A stretch of 64,000 nt of DNA from a virus. Location of the stretch: IMG/VR virus record IMGVR_UViG_3300028423_000861, positions 77,984 through 141,983 of that record, one strand, 5' to 3'. Every line of letters begins with the position of its first letter. The first letter of the stretch is position 1. A program made the position numbers and the translations under genes. Below are positions 29,211 through 37,640 of this stretch, piece by piece. The notes under the pieces were generated by a model. It saw nothing but the letters and a program-made list of their open reading frames with translations, had not been told where the DNA came from and did not search any database.

Positions 29211-29298
29211 TGGTTGGGGAGGTGGGATTCGAACCCACTCACCGTTTCCGGAACGGGGTTACAGCCCGCCGCAGCTCTCCAAACTCTACCGCTCCCCA
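29211..29298 (-). tRNA. tRNA-Tyr(GUA)
   Basis: cloverleaf, long arm, CCA. Confidence 0.9.
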
Positions 29299-29320
29299 AT
29301 GAAACTTTATATTTGACTTT

Positions 29321-29400
29321 TGGTGGAGATAGGGAAGGCGTGTAGTCTCTCCTAGGCGGCCCCAACTGGCCCCGCAGTTATACACTCTGCGCATATCCCC
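29321..29400 (-). ncRNA. tRNA-like RNA with alanine identity elements, non-canonical T and anticodon loops
   Basis: GGGGAUA/UAUCUCC-A-CCA (G3-U70, A73). Confidence 0.65.
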
Positions 29401-29410
29401 ATACTTGATT

Positions 29411-29487
29411 TGGTATCCGAGGTGAGATTCGAACTCACACTGTATAGGTTCTAAGCCTACTGCCTCTGCCAGTTGGGCTACTCGGAC
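29411..29487 (-). tRNA. tRNA-Leu(UAG)
   Basis: cloverleaf, CCA. Confidence 0.9.
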
Positions 29488-29493
29488 ACATAT

Positions 29494-29569
29494 TGGTAGC
29501 GGGTGCCGGATTCGAACCGACGACCTAGTGGTTATGAGCCACTCGAGCTGCCCACTGCTCCAACCCGCA
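29494..29569 (-). tRNA. tRNA-Met(CAU), initiator-like
   Basis: 1-72 mismatch, GCGGG acceptor. Confidence 0.85.
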
Positions 29570-29656
29570 ACTGTTTGCTGGACTCTTTGTAAGGTTGCGA
29601 ACCTTTTATTTGTTTACGCATCTATCATAACAACCCAGATGCAACCAGCTAATTCA

Positions 29657-29741
29657 TGGTGGGAGAGTGTGGAATCGAACCACGCGCTTTTACACTCCAG
29701 TTTTACAGACCTTCTGTAGGGACCACCTACTGAACTCTCCC
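29657..29741 (-). tRNA. atypical tRNA-Tyr(GUA), 8/4 fold, poorly paired anticodon stem
   Basis: GGGAGAGU/ACUCUCCC, CCA. Confidence 0.6.
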
Positions 29742-29750
29742 ATGTATTTT

Positions 29751-29827
29751 TGGTAGTCGAGGAAGGAATCGAACCTTCATAAGACGGTTATCGGCCGCCC
29801 GCAATTGACCAACTCTGCCACACGACT
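29751..29827 (-). tRNA. tRNA-Ile(GAU)
   Basis: cloverleaf, CCA. Confidence 0.85.
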
Positions 29828-29833
29828 ATATTC

Positions 29834-29912
29834 TGGTGCCTCTGGGAAGAGTCGAACTTCCGACAGACAAGCCTTATCAGGACTCCGCTCTAACCAACTG
29901 AGCTACAGAGGC
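29834..29912 (-). tRNA. tRNA-Ile(GAU)
   Basis: cloverleaf, CCA. Confidence 0.9.
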
Positions 29913-29918
29913 AAATAT

Positions 29919-29997
29919 TGGTAGCGGGAGTGGGATTTGCACCCACGTCGATCGGCTTATGAGACCGATGCTGGCAACTACTCCAGTCCATCCCGAC
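29919..29997 (-). tRNA. tRNA-Met(CAU)
   Basis: UCGGU-CUCAUAA-GCCGA, CCA. Confidence 0.8.
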
Positions 29998-30107
29998 ATG
30001 ATTCTTTAAAACGGGCAGCGAGGGGATTTGCACCAGGTCCCTAAACCCTCTCCTCTTTTTCACTGACTAGGGAATCAGCTACTCTAGCGCCTTGCACTGC
30101 CACTAAC

Positions 30108-30183
30108 TGGCGGATGTGAAGGGATTCGAACCCTCGCATGGCGGATCGACAATCCGCTGTGTTAACCACTTCACCACACATCC
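30108..30183 (-). tRNA. tRNA-Asp(GUC)
   Basis: cloverleaf, CCA. Confidence 0.95.
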
Positions 30184-30204
30184 AAATCTTCTTGCTCAAC
30201 GACA

Positions 30205-30276
30205 ATTTACATACAGGAATCGAACCTGTGTCCCCCGGTTTTTGGCCGGGCGGCATATCCACTAGCCCAATGTAGC
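30205..30276 (-). pseudogene. pseudo-tRNA (loop CCAAAAA, no CCA)
   Basis: D, anticodon and T arms pair. Confidence 0.6.
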
Positions 30277-30455
30277 ACAAACATGTTCCGTGTTGCAGAA
30301 CAGAACACATAAGGGTCTTTGAGCAAAGGTGCTGCAACACACCTATTCAAATTCAGCCGGAAGTTTCTTTTAACGTGCTGCCGGATCAGACACACAATTG
30401 CAATGGATGTGTAGTATTCGTTGGCGCCCCACCCATCTTATTGCAAAATGGTATT

Positions 30456-30528
30456 TGGCACCCTCGAGAAGAATCGAACTTCTGTAAGCTGGCTTCGTAG
30501 ACCTGCCACCGGATCCACCGGCGAGGGT
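30456..30528 (-). tRNA. tRNA-Arg(ACG)
   Basis: loop CUACGAA, CCA. Confidence 0.8.
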
Positions 30529-30718
30529 GTTATAGTAATTCTTTACTCTGGAATATTTCGTAATTTACTTGTTCATCTAAACGATCACTCACTAAATTTT
30601 TAGGTTGGTTACGCTCGGCCTCTTCCCGCGTTTCGAACGGGCCATGAACTCGACTGTAATACCATCCGTTTTCTTTTACATACCACAACATCAAGCTCTC
30701 CTTTCTTTATAAAATTTT

Positions 30719-30795
30719 TGGCAAGGGTGGAGGGAATCGAACCCCCGTCGCAAGGTTTTGGAGACCCGCAGCTTATCCAATTAGAACACACCCCC
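30719..30795 (-). tRNA. tRNA-Trp(CCA)
   Basis: cloverleaf, CCA. Confidence 0.9.
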
Positions 30796-30802
30796 ATTAT
30801 TT

Positions 30803-30880
30803 TGGCTGGCAGAGTGGGACTCGAACCCACCTTATTCTCGGTTAACAGCCGAGCGCGATCACCTGGATTGCTTTCTGCCA
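30803..30880 (-). tRNA. tRNA-Asn(GUU)
   Basis: cloverleaf, CCA. Confidence 0.9.
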
Positions 30881-30994
30881 ATAATCTCTAGGTCCAGTAT
30901 GGCCGTTACCACGTGGGTCTGCCGCCACTTGAATACTGGACTTCTGGCCCTTGCAGAACAAGCTATCCACTAGAGGGCATGTTGGTTTATAATT

Positions 30995-31090
30995 TGGCTG
31001 AGCCTAGCCCGGATTCGAACCGTGCTTCCTATGCTCGAGATACTGTGCACCTCTCTCAAGTTTGCTTTACCCTGTCTAAGCTATAAGCCC
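30995..31090 (-). ncRNA. tRNA-like RNA with expanded anticodon loop
   Basis: D arm, CUUGAGA/UCUCGAG stem, T loop, CCA. Confidence 0.5.
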
Positions 31091-31171
31091 ATAATTATTA
31101 TGTGATTGGCTCTTGACCCTTCATCGGGCGACTTAGCCTTGCGGTGTCTTATAGACTACAAGGCACCATGT

Positions 31172-31246
31172 TGGCTGCGCAGGTAGGATTCGAACCTACG
31201 ACCAAGTGATTAACAGTCACCTGCTCTGCCACTGAGCTACTGCGCA
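31172..31246 (-). tRNA. tRNA-Asn(GUU)
   Basis: cloverleaf, CCA. Confidence 0.95.
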
Positions 31247-31286
31247 ATAATTTCTTGCGACTTACGGGTTCTTCACCCTGCGCTAG

Positions 31287-31781
31287 TATTCTGATCACAA
31301 CTGCTATAAAGTGCTCTGCCTGGTTTCGAACCTTCGGCCAGCATCAGGCCTACAACCTACCGCACTGCTGTATGGGAAGCAGGAGATTTATAGCATGTGA
31401 AATCAGAATAGCTTTTTAGTTAATGTATAAGATATCATCGCCGTTTTGTCTCTGTACAGGCGTAATCCTGCACAGAGGAACTTAGATATCTTATACAATA
31501 ACCAACTCTACTTTCAGCTGCACTATTTGTCAAAGGCGGTCTCGAACCGTCCCGACAACAGTGACAATCTGCCATCGGTGCTCCATATGCAATCCTATAG
31601 TGCATGTGAAAGTAAACTCTACTTTCATCTGCTGATACATGATGGAGTCGAACCATCTCGGCGGGCCGTCGCCCTATTCGCTACACCGCGTATAAAGAAG
31701 GAATCGAACCTTCGCACAGTCACCAAGACCCTAGTCCGGAATCGAACCGGATTACCTTACCACGTGCATCAGCATATGAAA
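31287..31781 (-). ncRNA. tandem array of end-closed RNAs carrying tRNA T loops
   Basis: units 31287-31410, 31424-31497, 31509-31614, 31623-31781; shared UUUCAYAUGC...GCAG stem; five GGUUCGA hairpins. Confidence 0.7.
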
Positions 31782-31799
31782 ACAGAATCAGTCTTCACT

Positions 31800-31985
31800 A
31801 CCATTCGGTCTTCTGCGGGCATTTCAGCCGACATTCTCTCGTGCTAGAAGGAAGTCCTGGGCAACTGGGCCCTCTAGCAGTTGAAAGGAGCACTCCCGGG
31901 GTGGTTAGTCCCATTATGGCGAGCTGATATGTCGCTACTTGGCGACGCTCCTGTGTTTCGTAACAACCAACTGTGTCGCTTGCTA
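31800..31985 (-). ncRNA. unknown GC-rich structured RNA
   Basis: GGAGC/GCUCC, GUCGC/GCGAC, UGCUAGAGGG/CCUUCUAGCA stems just after a promoter. Confidence 0.5.
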
Positions 31986-31993
31986 CATGTTCT

Positions 31994-32022
31994 AAAGTAA
32001 GACATCTTGGTTTAAATGTCAA
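31994..32022 (-). promoter_or_regulatory. sigma70-type promoter
   Basis: TTGACA-17-TACTTT with A-tract upstream. Confidence 0.6.
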
Positions 32023-32074
32023 CTACTTTTTTAAAAAATTTCTTCTTTTTTTGAAACTTTATAAAACAGTAGTT

Positions 32075-32152
32075 TGGTATCCCCGACTGGATTCGAACCA
32101 GCACCCTCCAGAGTGAAAATCTGGCGTCCAAGACCATTTAGACCGCGGGGAC
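32075..32152 (-). tRNA. tRNA-Glu(UUC)
   Basis: cloverleaf, CCA. Confidence 0.95.
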
Positions 32153-32215
32153 ATCTTTCTTCGTCTTCTTCGTCTTCTTCTTCGTGTTCGTCTTCCATTA
32201 CATTGCTCCTAGACT

Positions 32216-32249
32216 AAAAAACCCTCCTAAGCTTTTTGCTTGGAGGGTT
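32216..32249 (-). terminator. attenuator terminator hairpin
   Basis: CCCUCCAAGC-AAAAA-GCUUAGGAGGG followed by U6. Confidence 0.85.
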
Positions 32250-32278
32250 GCTTGAGTATACTATCTGATCTAGTTCAG

Positions 32279-32428
32279 CTAGTCTCTTGCACCCTCCCCA
32301 ATAGGCTCAAAGCGATCTCCATCGAGGCGTGACTGCATAATGCCATAATTCAACGCCCAGCTTTGTTCGCTGGTATTCAGACCTTTGACGGCCTTGTTGA
32401 ATATGATATGTGACATTGTTGTTTGCAT
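32279..32428 (-). CDS. 49-aa leader peptide (putative attenuator uORF)
   Basis: MQTTMSHIIFNKAVKGLNTSEQSWALNYGIMQSRLDGDRFEPIGEGARD*; 3' end contains antiterminator strand GGAGGGUGC. Confidence 0.7.
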   Translation of the reverse strand: MQTTMSHIIFNKAVKGLNTSEQSWALNYGIMQSRLDGDRFEPIGEGARD

Positions 32429-32487
32429 TACTATCTCTGTTTGATGTAGCAGCTTTTGCTGTTACGTTTATTTATCTCTTGTTAATC

Positions 32488-32516
32488 AACATACGCTAAA
32501 AAATCTAACTCGTCAA
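32488..32516 (-). promoter_or_regulatory. sigma70-type promoter (proximal)
   Basis: TTGACG-17-TATGTT with A-rich UP-like tract. Confidence 0.75.
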
Positions 32517-32568
32517 CAACTTTTTTTGTTTTTTTTGACGGCAACATGTCGTCGCCGCCATGTTCTTC

Positions 32569-32597
32569 AATATAGTGCTTGGTGACACAAAGGTCAA
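32569..32597 (-). promoter_or_regulatory. sigma70-type promoter (distal)
   Basis: TTGACC-17-TATATT. Confidence 0.75.
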
Positions 32598-32622
32598 GAA
32601 CTTTTTTAAAATAATTTTTGCT

Positions 32623-33774
32623 TCACATATAATTGCTGTTAATCATTTTACGAACACGCTCGGAATCAATGGGTTGTGTCTCGCACAGGCCATCAATGAT
32701 CCGCACACACGATGTTTTCCACATAGTGTTGTAATCTACTCCCTGCCGCCGCCAGTCATGATAACCTTCTTTCCTAGCAGCTTCCATCGCTAGATCGTTT
32801 TGTTTGATAAATTCTTGGAGTGGGTACAGAACACCGTTTTGATCATAGTATCTTGCTGAGTCGGGACCCACAAGAAAATATTTGTCTTTGCCGATCTTGG
32901 GTAGTGATTCCCCCCTTGCAATGATTTTTTTCACTTGCATCTTGCTTTTACGGAAATCAATTTCATTATCAACATTAACATATTTTGCAAATCTCTCTTC
33001 AAGACTCACTTGTTTGTAGATATGCATTGGTCCTACGTTTCGGCCTTCGAGATGATCCGGAACAATCTTATAAAATTCACGTTCAACATGTTTCTCAAAA
33101 TCTTCAGGATTATCCGAGAAAAAACTAAGGAAACCATTACGCGGAACGCTTATTGTGCCGCGTTCGGCCGTTAGTTTTTCGTCAATTACACGCTCACCAA
33201 TTGGAATGATATATTCAACATTATAATATCCAATATACAACCAATCTCCCCACGTATTGGAAACCACATCACCAGGTTGATGATCTAGTGTGGTTTTTTG
33301 CTTTTTCTTGTCATGTTTTTTGACTTCACTCTTGGCTTTTTCAAATGCTTTATCTGCTGAACGAATCAAACGGTTATTCGCACCATCTCGAATCCAGACC
33401 AATTCGTCTTTGATTTTTCCGTGATTGATTTCACAGTTAAGAATTAGATCAACAAGATTGGGAATATAAATTTCCAGTTCAAACCCACGAGGATCAACTA
33501 CTCTTACAACTTTATTATCAGTTACATAACGACCAGACCACCCAACAATTTCAAACCCGGTCATAGGCTTGTTATCATAAACCTTTCCTTCTCGTCCAGC
33601 CCAACGACGAGCCGTAGCTTTTCTTTTCTTAGCACCGCTATCGTCACCATCTGGGACAGCAAATGCTAGAGGTTTTCCACTACAGGTATCTGATTTACCG
33701 GTAGTGATATAATATTTGTCAAAATATTTAGGATTCGAGAGCTTCATCACCAGACTCCAGGTCTTTGTTGCCAT
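32623..33774 (-). CDS. hypothetical jumbo-phage protein
   Basis: DN.P..GF and DPRGFELEI motifs. Confidence 0.8.
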   Translation of the reverse strand: MATKTWSLVMKLSNPKYFDKYYITTGKSDTCSGKPLAFAVPDGDDSGAKKRKATARRWAGREGKVYDNKPMTGFEIVGWSGRYVTDNKVVRVVDPRGFELEIYIPNLVDLILNCEINHGKIKDELVWIRDGANNRLIRSADKAFEKAKSEVKKHDKKKQKTTLDHQPGDVVSNTWGDWLYIGYYNVEYIIPIGERVIDEKLTAERGTISVPRNGFLSFFSDNPEDFEKHVEREFYKIVPDHLEGRNVGPMHIYKQVSLEERFAKYVNVDNEIDFRKSKMQVKKIIARGESLPKIGKDKYFLVGPDSARYYDQNGVLYPLQEFIKQNDLAMEAARKEGYHDWRRQGVDYNTMWKTSCVRIIDGLCETQPIDSERVRKMINSNYM

Positions 33775-34066
33775 TCAATCTATCTTGAATTTCTGATACT
33801 GGAACAATACTATGAGCACTGTGCACTGATGATTGCTGTTGCTCATAAAGCCACTCGGTAACCTTGTGGGTGGGCCAGAGTGCTATTTGTCCAATCGTGT
33901 CTGCAACATGAACAATGCCGATCATAATCAAACCAAACAGCACGAATGGTAAGAACAAAACAAATGTCATGATCGAAGCCAATTTGATTAGATAAACTTG
34001 TCTAACATATTGACGAATTTCAGGACATTTACGATAAACTTCGATGTCTTTAAATATTTTTTTCAT
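33728..34066 (-). CDS. membrane protein
   Basis: TM segment; start after tRNA-Cys. Confidence 0.6.
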   Translation of the reverse strand: MKKIFKDIEVYRKCPEIRQYVRQVYLIKLASIMTFVLFLPFVLFGLIMIGIVHVADTIGQIALWPTHKVTEWLYEQQQSSVHSAHSIVPVSEIQDRLNGNKDLESGDEALES

Positions 34067-34079
34067 GATATACCTGCAA

Positions 34080-34165
34080 TGGAGTTGCGGGCGAGAGTCG
34101 AACTCGCTAGGTGTTAGCCTGCCTTGGATTTGCAATCCAGCCCCTTACCGTCCGGGCCCCGCAAC
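34080..34165 (-). tRNA. tRNA-Cys(GCA) with long variable arm
   Basis: loop UUGCAAA, U73, CCA. Confidence 0.85.
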
Positions 34166-34405
34166 ATCTGCCAGGAGTTAAAACTCCTGGCATTTGGGTG
34201 TTTAACCGCCCCAACCTTCAATGGCGCTTTCGCGACATGAACAGTCAGGACCACATTTGCATGATTCACCACATGGGCAAACATCAAGCAAACTGTCTCT
34301 ATAACCTTCTCTAAACATGTTAGTCTCCTGTTGCTGGCTATTTATCAGCAACATCATTATGATGCATTTTGATATGATGCATTTTGATAAAGAATTTGTC
34401 AACTG

Positions 34406-35176
34406 TTATTTGTTATACTCGGTAAGTTCTTGATCACCAAATGCTAGCTTGAACATAGTGGCATGTTCAGGGTTGCTAAATCCCAAGGTAAAATCATTAC
34501 CGAACTTGCTGAAAATTTGATATTCATGGCTACTGGTATTATCTTGTAACCATTCAATGGTCTTTGCAAAATTAAGTTCATTCAACAAAAACAAATCTCT
34601 AGGAACGCGAGTCCAGAGTATTTGTTTTGCAATGCGACGCGGGTTGAGTGAACTAATATTTTTAAGCCCCAAGGCATGTTTTTCGATTTTAGTTGCTGTC
34701 ATGTATCCAAGAGACTGCGACTTACATTTAACTTCAATAACATATTTGGATAAACATTTGTTCGTCGGAGACAAAGGACTCGGTTTAAAAACGACCTTGA
34801 TACTAGGAACACTTTCCGAAAAATCAAATGGATTATCAGTCAGTCCATACATATCACAATACATTTTTTCGATAAACCGTGATGTTTTTTTATAATACAT
34901 TTTGAGTGGTGGATAACCACTACCAAAAATAGAATCTAGGCGTTTTGTAGGAATCCGGATTTCATAAGACATGTTATTATCAGATGTTACTCTTTTTCTT
35001 GGATTTCGCTTTTTCGGAAAATTTTTCTTTTTTATACTAGAGGACCTTGTAAAAAGATCCTCTAGTTGTTTTTCACGCTCACGTGCTCTTTTGAGAGCGT
35101 TGTGAACCCACTGTTTTCGATTAGCTTCGTTCAAACCGACCATGCGCTGCCGCATCTGCTCCAAAACTAGCTGCAA
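34406..35176 (-). CDS. hypothetical protein
   Basis: ORF track; C-terminal ATMFKL motif shared with other ORFs here. Confidence 0.65.
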   Translation of the reverse strand: MQLVLEQMRQRMVGLNEANRKQWVHNALKRAREREKQLEDLFTRSSSIKKKNFPKKRNPRKRVTSDNNMSYEIRIPTKRLDSIFGSGYPPLKMYYKKTSRFIEKMYCDMYGLTDNPFDFSESVPSIKVVFKPSPLSPTNKCLSKYVIEVKCKSQSLGYMTATKIEKHALGLKNISSLNPRRIAKQILWTRVPRDLFLLNELNFAKTIEWLQDNTSSHEYQIFSKFGNDFTLGFSNPEHATMFKLAFGDQELTEYNK

Positions 35177-35609
35177 AACTTTCAGGCTTGAGCTTGATCT
35201 GTTCTTCAGGAAGACCTGTTACACCAAGAACATATCCAGCCGCTTCGCTAGCAGCACAGTTTGAACCGTGCTTGGGATCAGTGTTGATATCCAAGTGAAC
35301 TTCGATATCAAACTCATCAATAAATGGAATTAGCTGTGTGTAAAGTTCACATACCTTTTGAACTTCTTTCATCATCCGCATCTTGGGACGGTTGATTTTA
35401 AGATCATAATCGGGTTCTGTGCTGATGTGACTGAACAAGCGGCATCCATTCTTTCCATTCATATGGATAATGAATACTGTCGCATAGTTTGCATACCAGC
35501 GACCATTCTTGCGTGTTCTCACACTGTCACAACCGAAATATATTTTGGTGTTTGTATCTAACGTAGACAGCAATTCTACGATTTCTTCAACTTGATCCTG
35601 ACTGAACAT
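35121..35609 (-). CDS. RNase H-like YkuK/DUF458 family protein
   Basis: IYFGCDS, EVHLDIN, AD. Confidence 0.8.
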   Translation of the reverse strand: MFSQDQVEEIVELLSTLDTNTKIYFGCDSVRTRKNGRWYANYATVFIIHMNGKNGCRLFSHISTEPDYDLKINRPKMRMMKEVQKVCELYTQLIPFIDEFDIEVHLDINTDPKHGSNCAASEAAGYVLGVTGLPEEQIKLKPESFAASFGADAAAHGRFERS

Positions 35610-35724
35610 TTTCTATCTCATTTCTACTTTTCCTGTTGTGCGTTTTAGAAAATAATTTTACAATTGTTACATACTCTGAATGTTTGTCAACACATTTTTA
35701 TTTAGTGTGTAATCCCAAGGTTAT

Positions 35725-36057
35725 CTAAAGAATGTTGTTTTTTATAAACTCTCGCTCGTCTTCAGTGAGAACTACGTAACAATATGTTTGGAGACGTTGT
35801 GGTGTTTGCCACCATTTATCAGGATAGGTATAATCCCCAAGTGGCAACGCGCCAATTTTTCCATTACCTTCATGTCCGTCAAACTTCCCAATGTTCTTTG
35901 GTCCGATACTTGCATTGTGTGACCAAGACCAAATCCAGTCATCCGTTGCAAGATTGTCAGGAGGTAAAGTATCCCAAACGAGACGTTCGCGCATGGTGTC
36001 ACGATATTCTTTTGACCACATCCACTTCCCGTCTTTACGTTGTGTAAATTTTTCCAT
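35725..36057 (-). CDS. hypothetical protein
   Basis: coupled ORF. Confidence 0.6.
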   Translation of the reverse strand: MEKFTQRKDGKWMWSKEYRDTMRERLVWDTLPPDNLATDDWIWSWSHNASIGPKNIGKFDGHEGNGKIGALPLGDYTYPDKWWQTPQRLQTYCYVVLTEDEREFIKNNIL

Positions 36058-36353
36058 TAGTAGATCTTGACCTTATTTGGTTTAAATTTACGATCAAAGC
36101 GGTTGGTGGTTCCCATGAGGGCAAAGTGATCATTCTCATCAACTGCATAGACCATTGCTGCTCTGACACGTGGAAGATGTTGATCATCATACACGGTCTC
36201 AGCAAAATTTACAACTTCTTCAAAATTTTCGTTAGAATAGTAAACACGGCTGTTCTTTTGAGGAACGTGCAAAACCACATTGTAATACACTGCGTTCTTA
36301 CGAACTACCTCGTCAGCTGCATCTTGATCACTCATCTGTCCTTTGCGCGGCAT
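36057..36353 (-). CDS. hypothetical protein
   Basis: coupled ORF. Confidence 0.6.
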   Translation of the reverse strand: MPRKGQMSDQDAADEVVRKNAVYYNVVLHVPQKNSRVYYSNENFEEVVNFAETVYDDQHLPRVRAAMVYAVDENDHFALMGTTNRFDRKFKPNKVKIY

Positions 36354-37008
36354 GGCTCAAGTTCTCCCTATGGAATTTGTTTGCACACTCAACACCACAA
36401 AAATAAACATCAGCATTCATGGGCTCTGTTGGTTTTGCACCAAAATAGTATAGTGGCCATTCGCCCAGGAATTCTCCTTTATGTCCGATATAACTTCCTG
36501 TTTCACGGATGTCAAGTGTTCCGCACTGTGCACATTGAATATCTCTCATAACCATCTCAATTTAAAAATCACTGCATCTTCTTGATCTCTGAATGCAAAA
36601 ACATCTCCTGCCCAGCTATAATTGTCGATACCAATTTTTTCACGACACCATCTATGAATTTCCTGCCATGATGACTGTTTGCGGCTCATGTCCAAATTAA
36701 CAAGATAACACAGATTCCTACTCCAGAAAACGGCAGATGCAGGATGACCAAGATTGAATCTTTTTACATCGTTGTTGTATTGTTCTCTTGTTATCATTAT
36801 CTCGTTGTATTAAATACCAAGAATACGCGAGACACGCTCATCGAGCCCTTTCTCTGGGTGTCTTTGGAGGTGTTCAGCTAACTGTTCGAAATAAAACGCG
36901 GCTGACTCGTCGCCGCCTTCTTCTAGTAGACGAGCGGCTTCTGATGCAAACTCTTTCAGCCTTTGAACGTTGATTGATCCTTCACCAGGCATTGCCGCAC
37001 GGTATGTC

Positions 37009-37212
37009 TTAGCTGGACGTTGATTCATTACAGTTTCCTTTGTATCTCATATTCCATTGTTTGCCGTGATCAAATGTTTCACCGGTTTCTAGAATGCACC
37101 CACACCAGAGGCAAGCATATATCGTGCTTTGACGTCTGTCGCCATATCGTTGGATTTCGGCCTCACCACCACAGAAAGGACAAGGGTCAAGTTCTATCAC
37201 GACGTTCACCAA
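37009..37212 (-). CDS. Lar-like zinc-binding protein
   Basis: L.PCPFCGGEA...C..C...WN.R. Confidence 0.65.
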   Translation of the reverse strand: MVNVVIELDPCPFCGGEAEIQRYGDRRQSTIYACLWCGCILETGETFDHGKQWNMRYKGNCNESTSS

Positions 37213-37640
37213 CTAGTATCTTGGCTTGTTCTTGCCAGGAAAAACAAGAAATTGGGTGACATGGGTCAATCAAATGCTGTGCTTGCTTGACAAGATCTTC
37301 AAGCAAGAAAATCCTGAATTTTAATTCTTCAAGATCGTCTTCTGCACTTACCGGTTCTTCCTTAGCCATTCTGGCACATCCTCATGTGTTCCATTCAACA
37401 TACGTTCAAGGTCACTTTCTGGGCGACTATTGAATTCATTGAGTTTGCTAATAAAGAATTCTTGCCTATTGCTGTTTACTGCGTCAATAGCTTCAGACGA
37501 AAGCTTTGCCAGACGAATATAAGCAGCGGCCCTGACAGGGTCACTGTCCTTATAACGTCCAGCCATATAAGCTTGTTTAAATCCAAAAAGCATTAGTCTT
37601 GCTTTTTGGAACGGGACTTTGCGTAACTTCATTCTACCTC

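Noticed and set aside
30012-30101. Cobalamin riboswitch-like string AGGGAC..GGUGCAAAUCC..GCUGCCC
   Set aside because: Lacks the following GCAACUGU and B12 box and has no downstream CDS; better read as a degenerate tRNA-like element.
31287-31781. CRISPR mini-array
   Set aside because: Repeats are short, degenerate and form closing stems; spacing is irregular; no cas genes.
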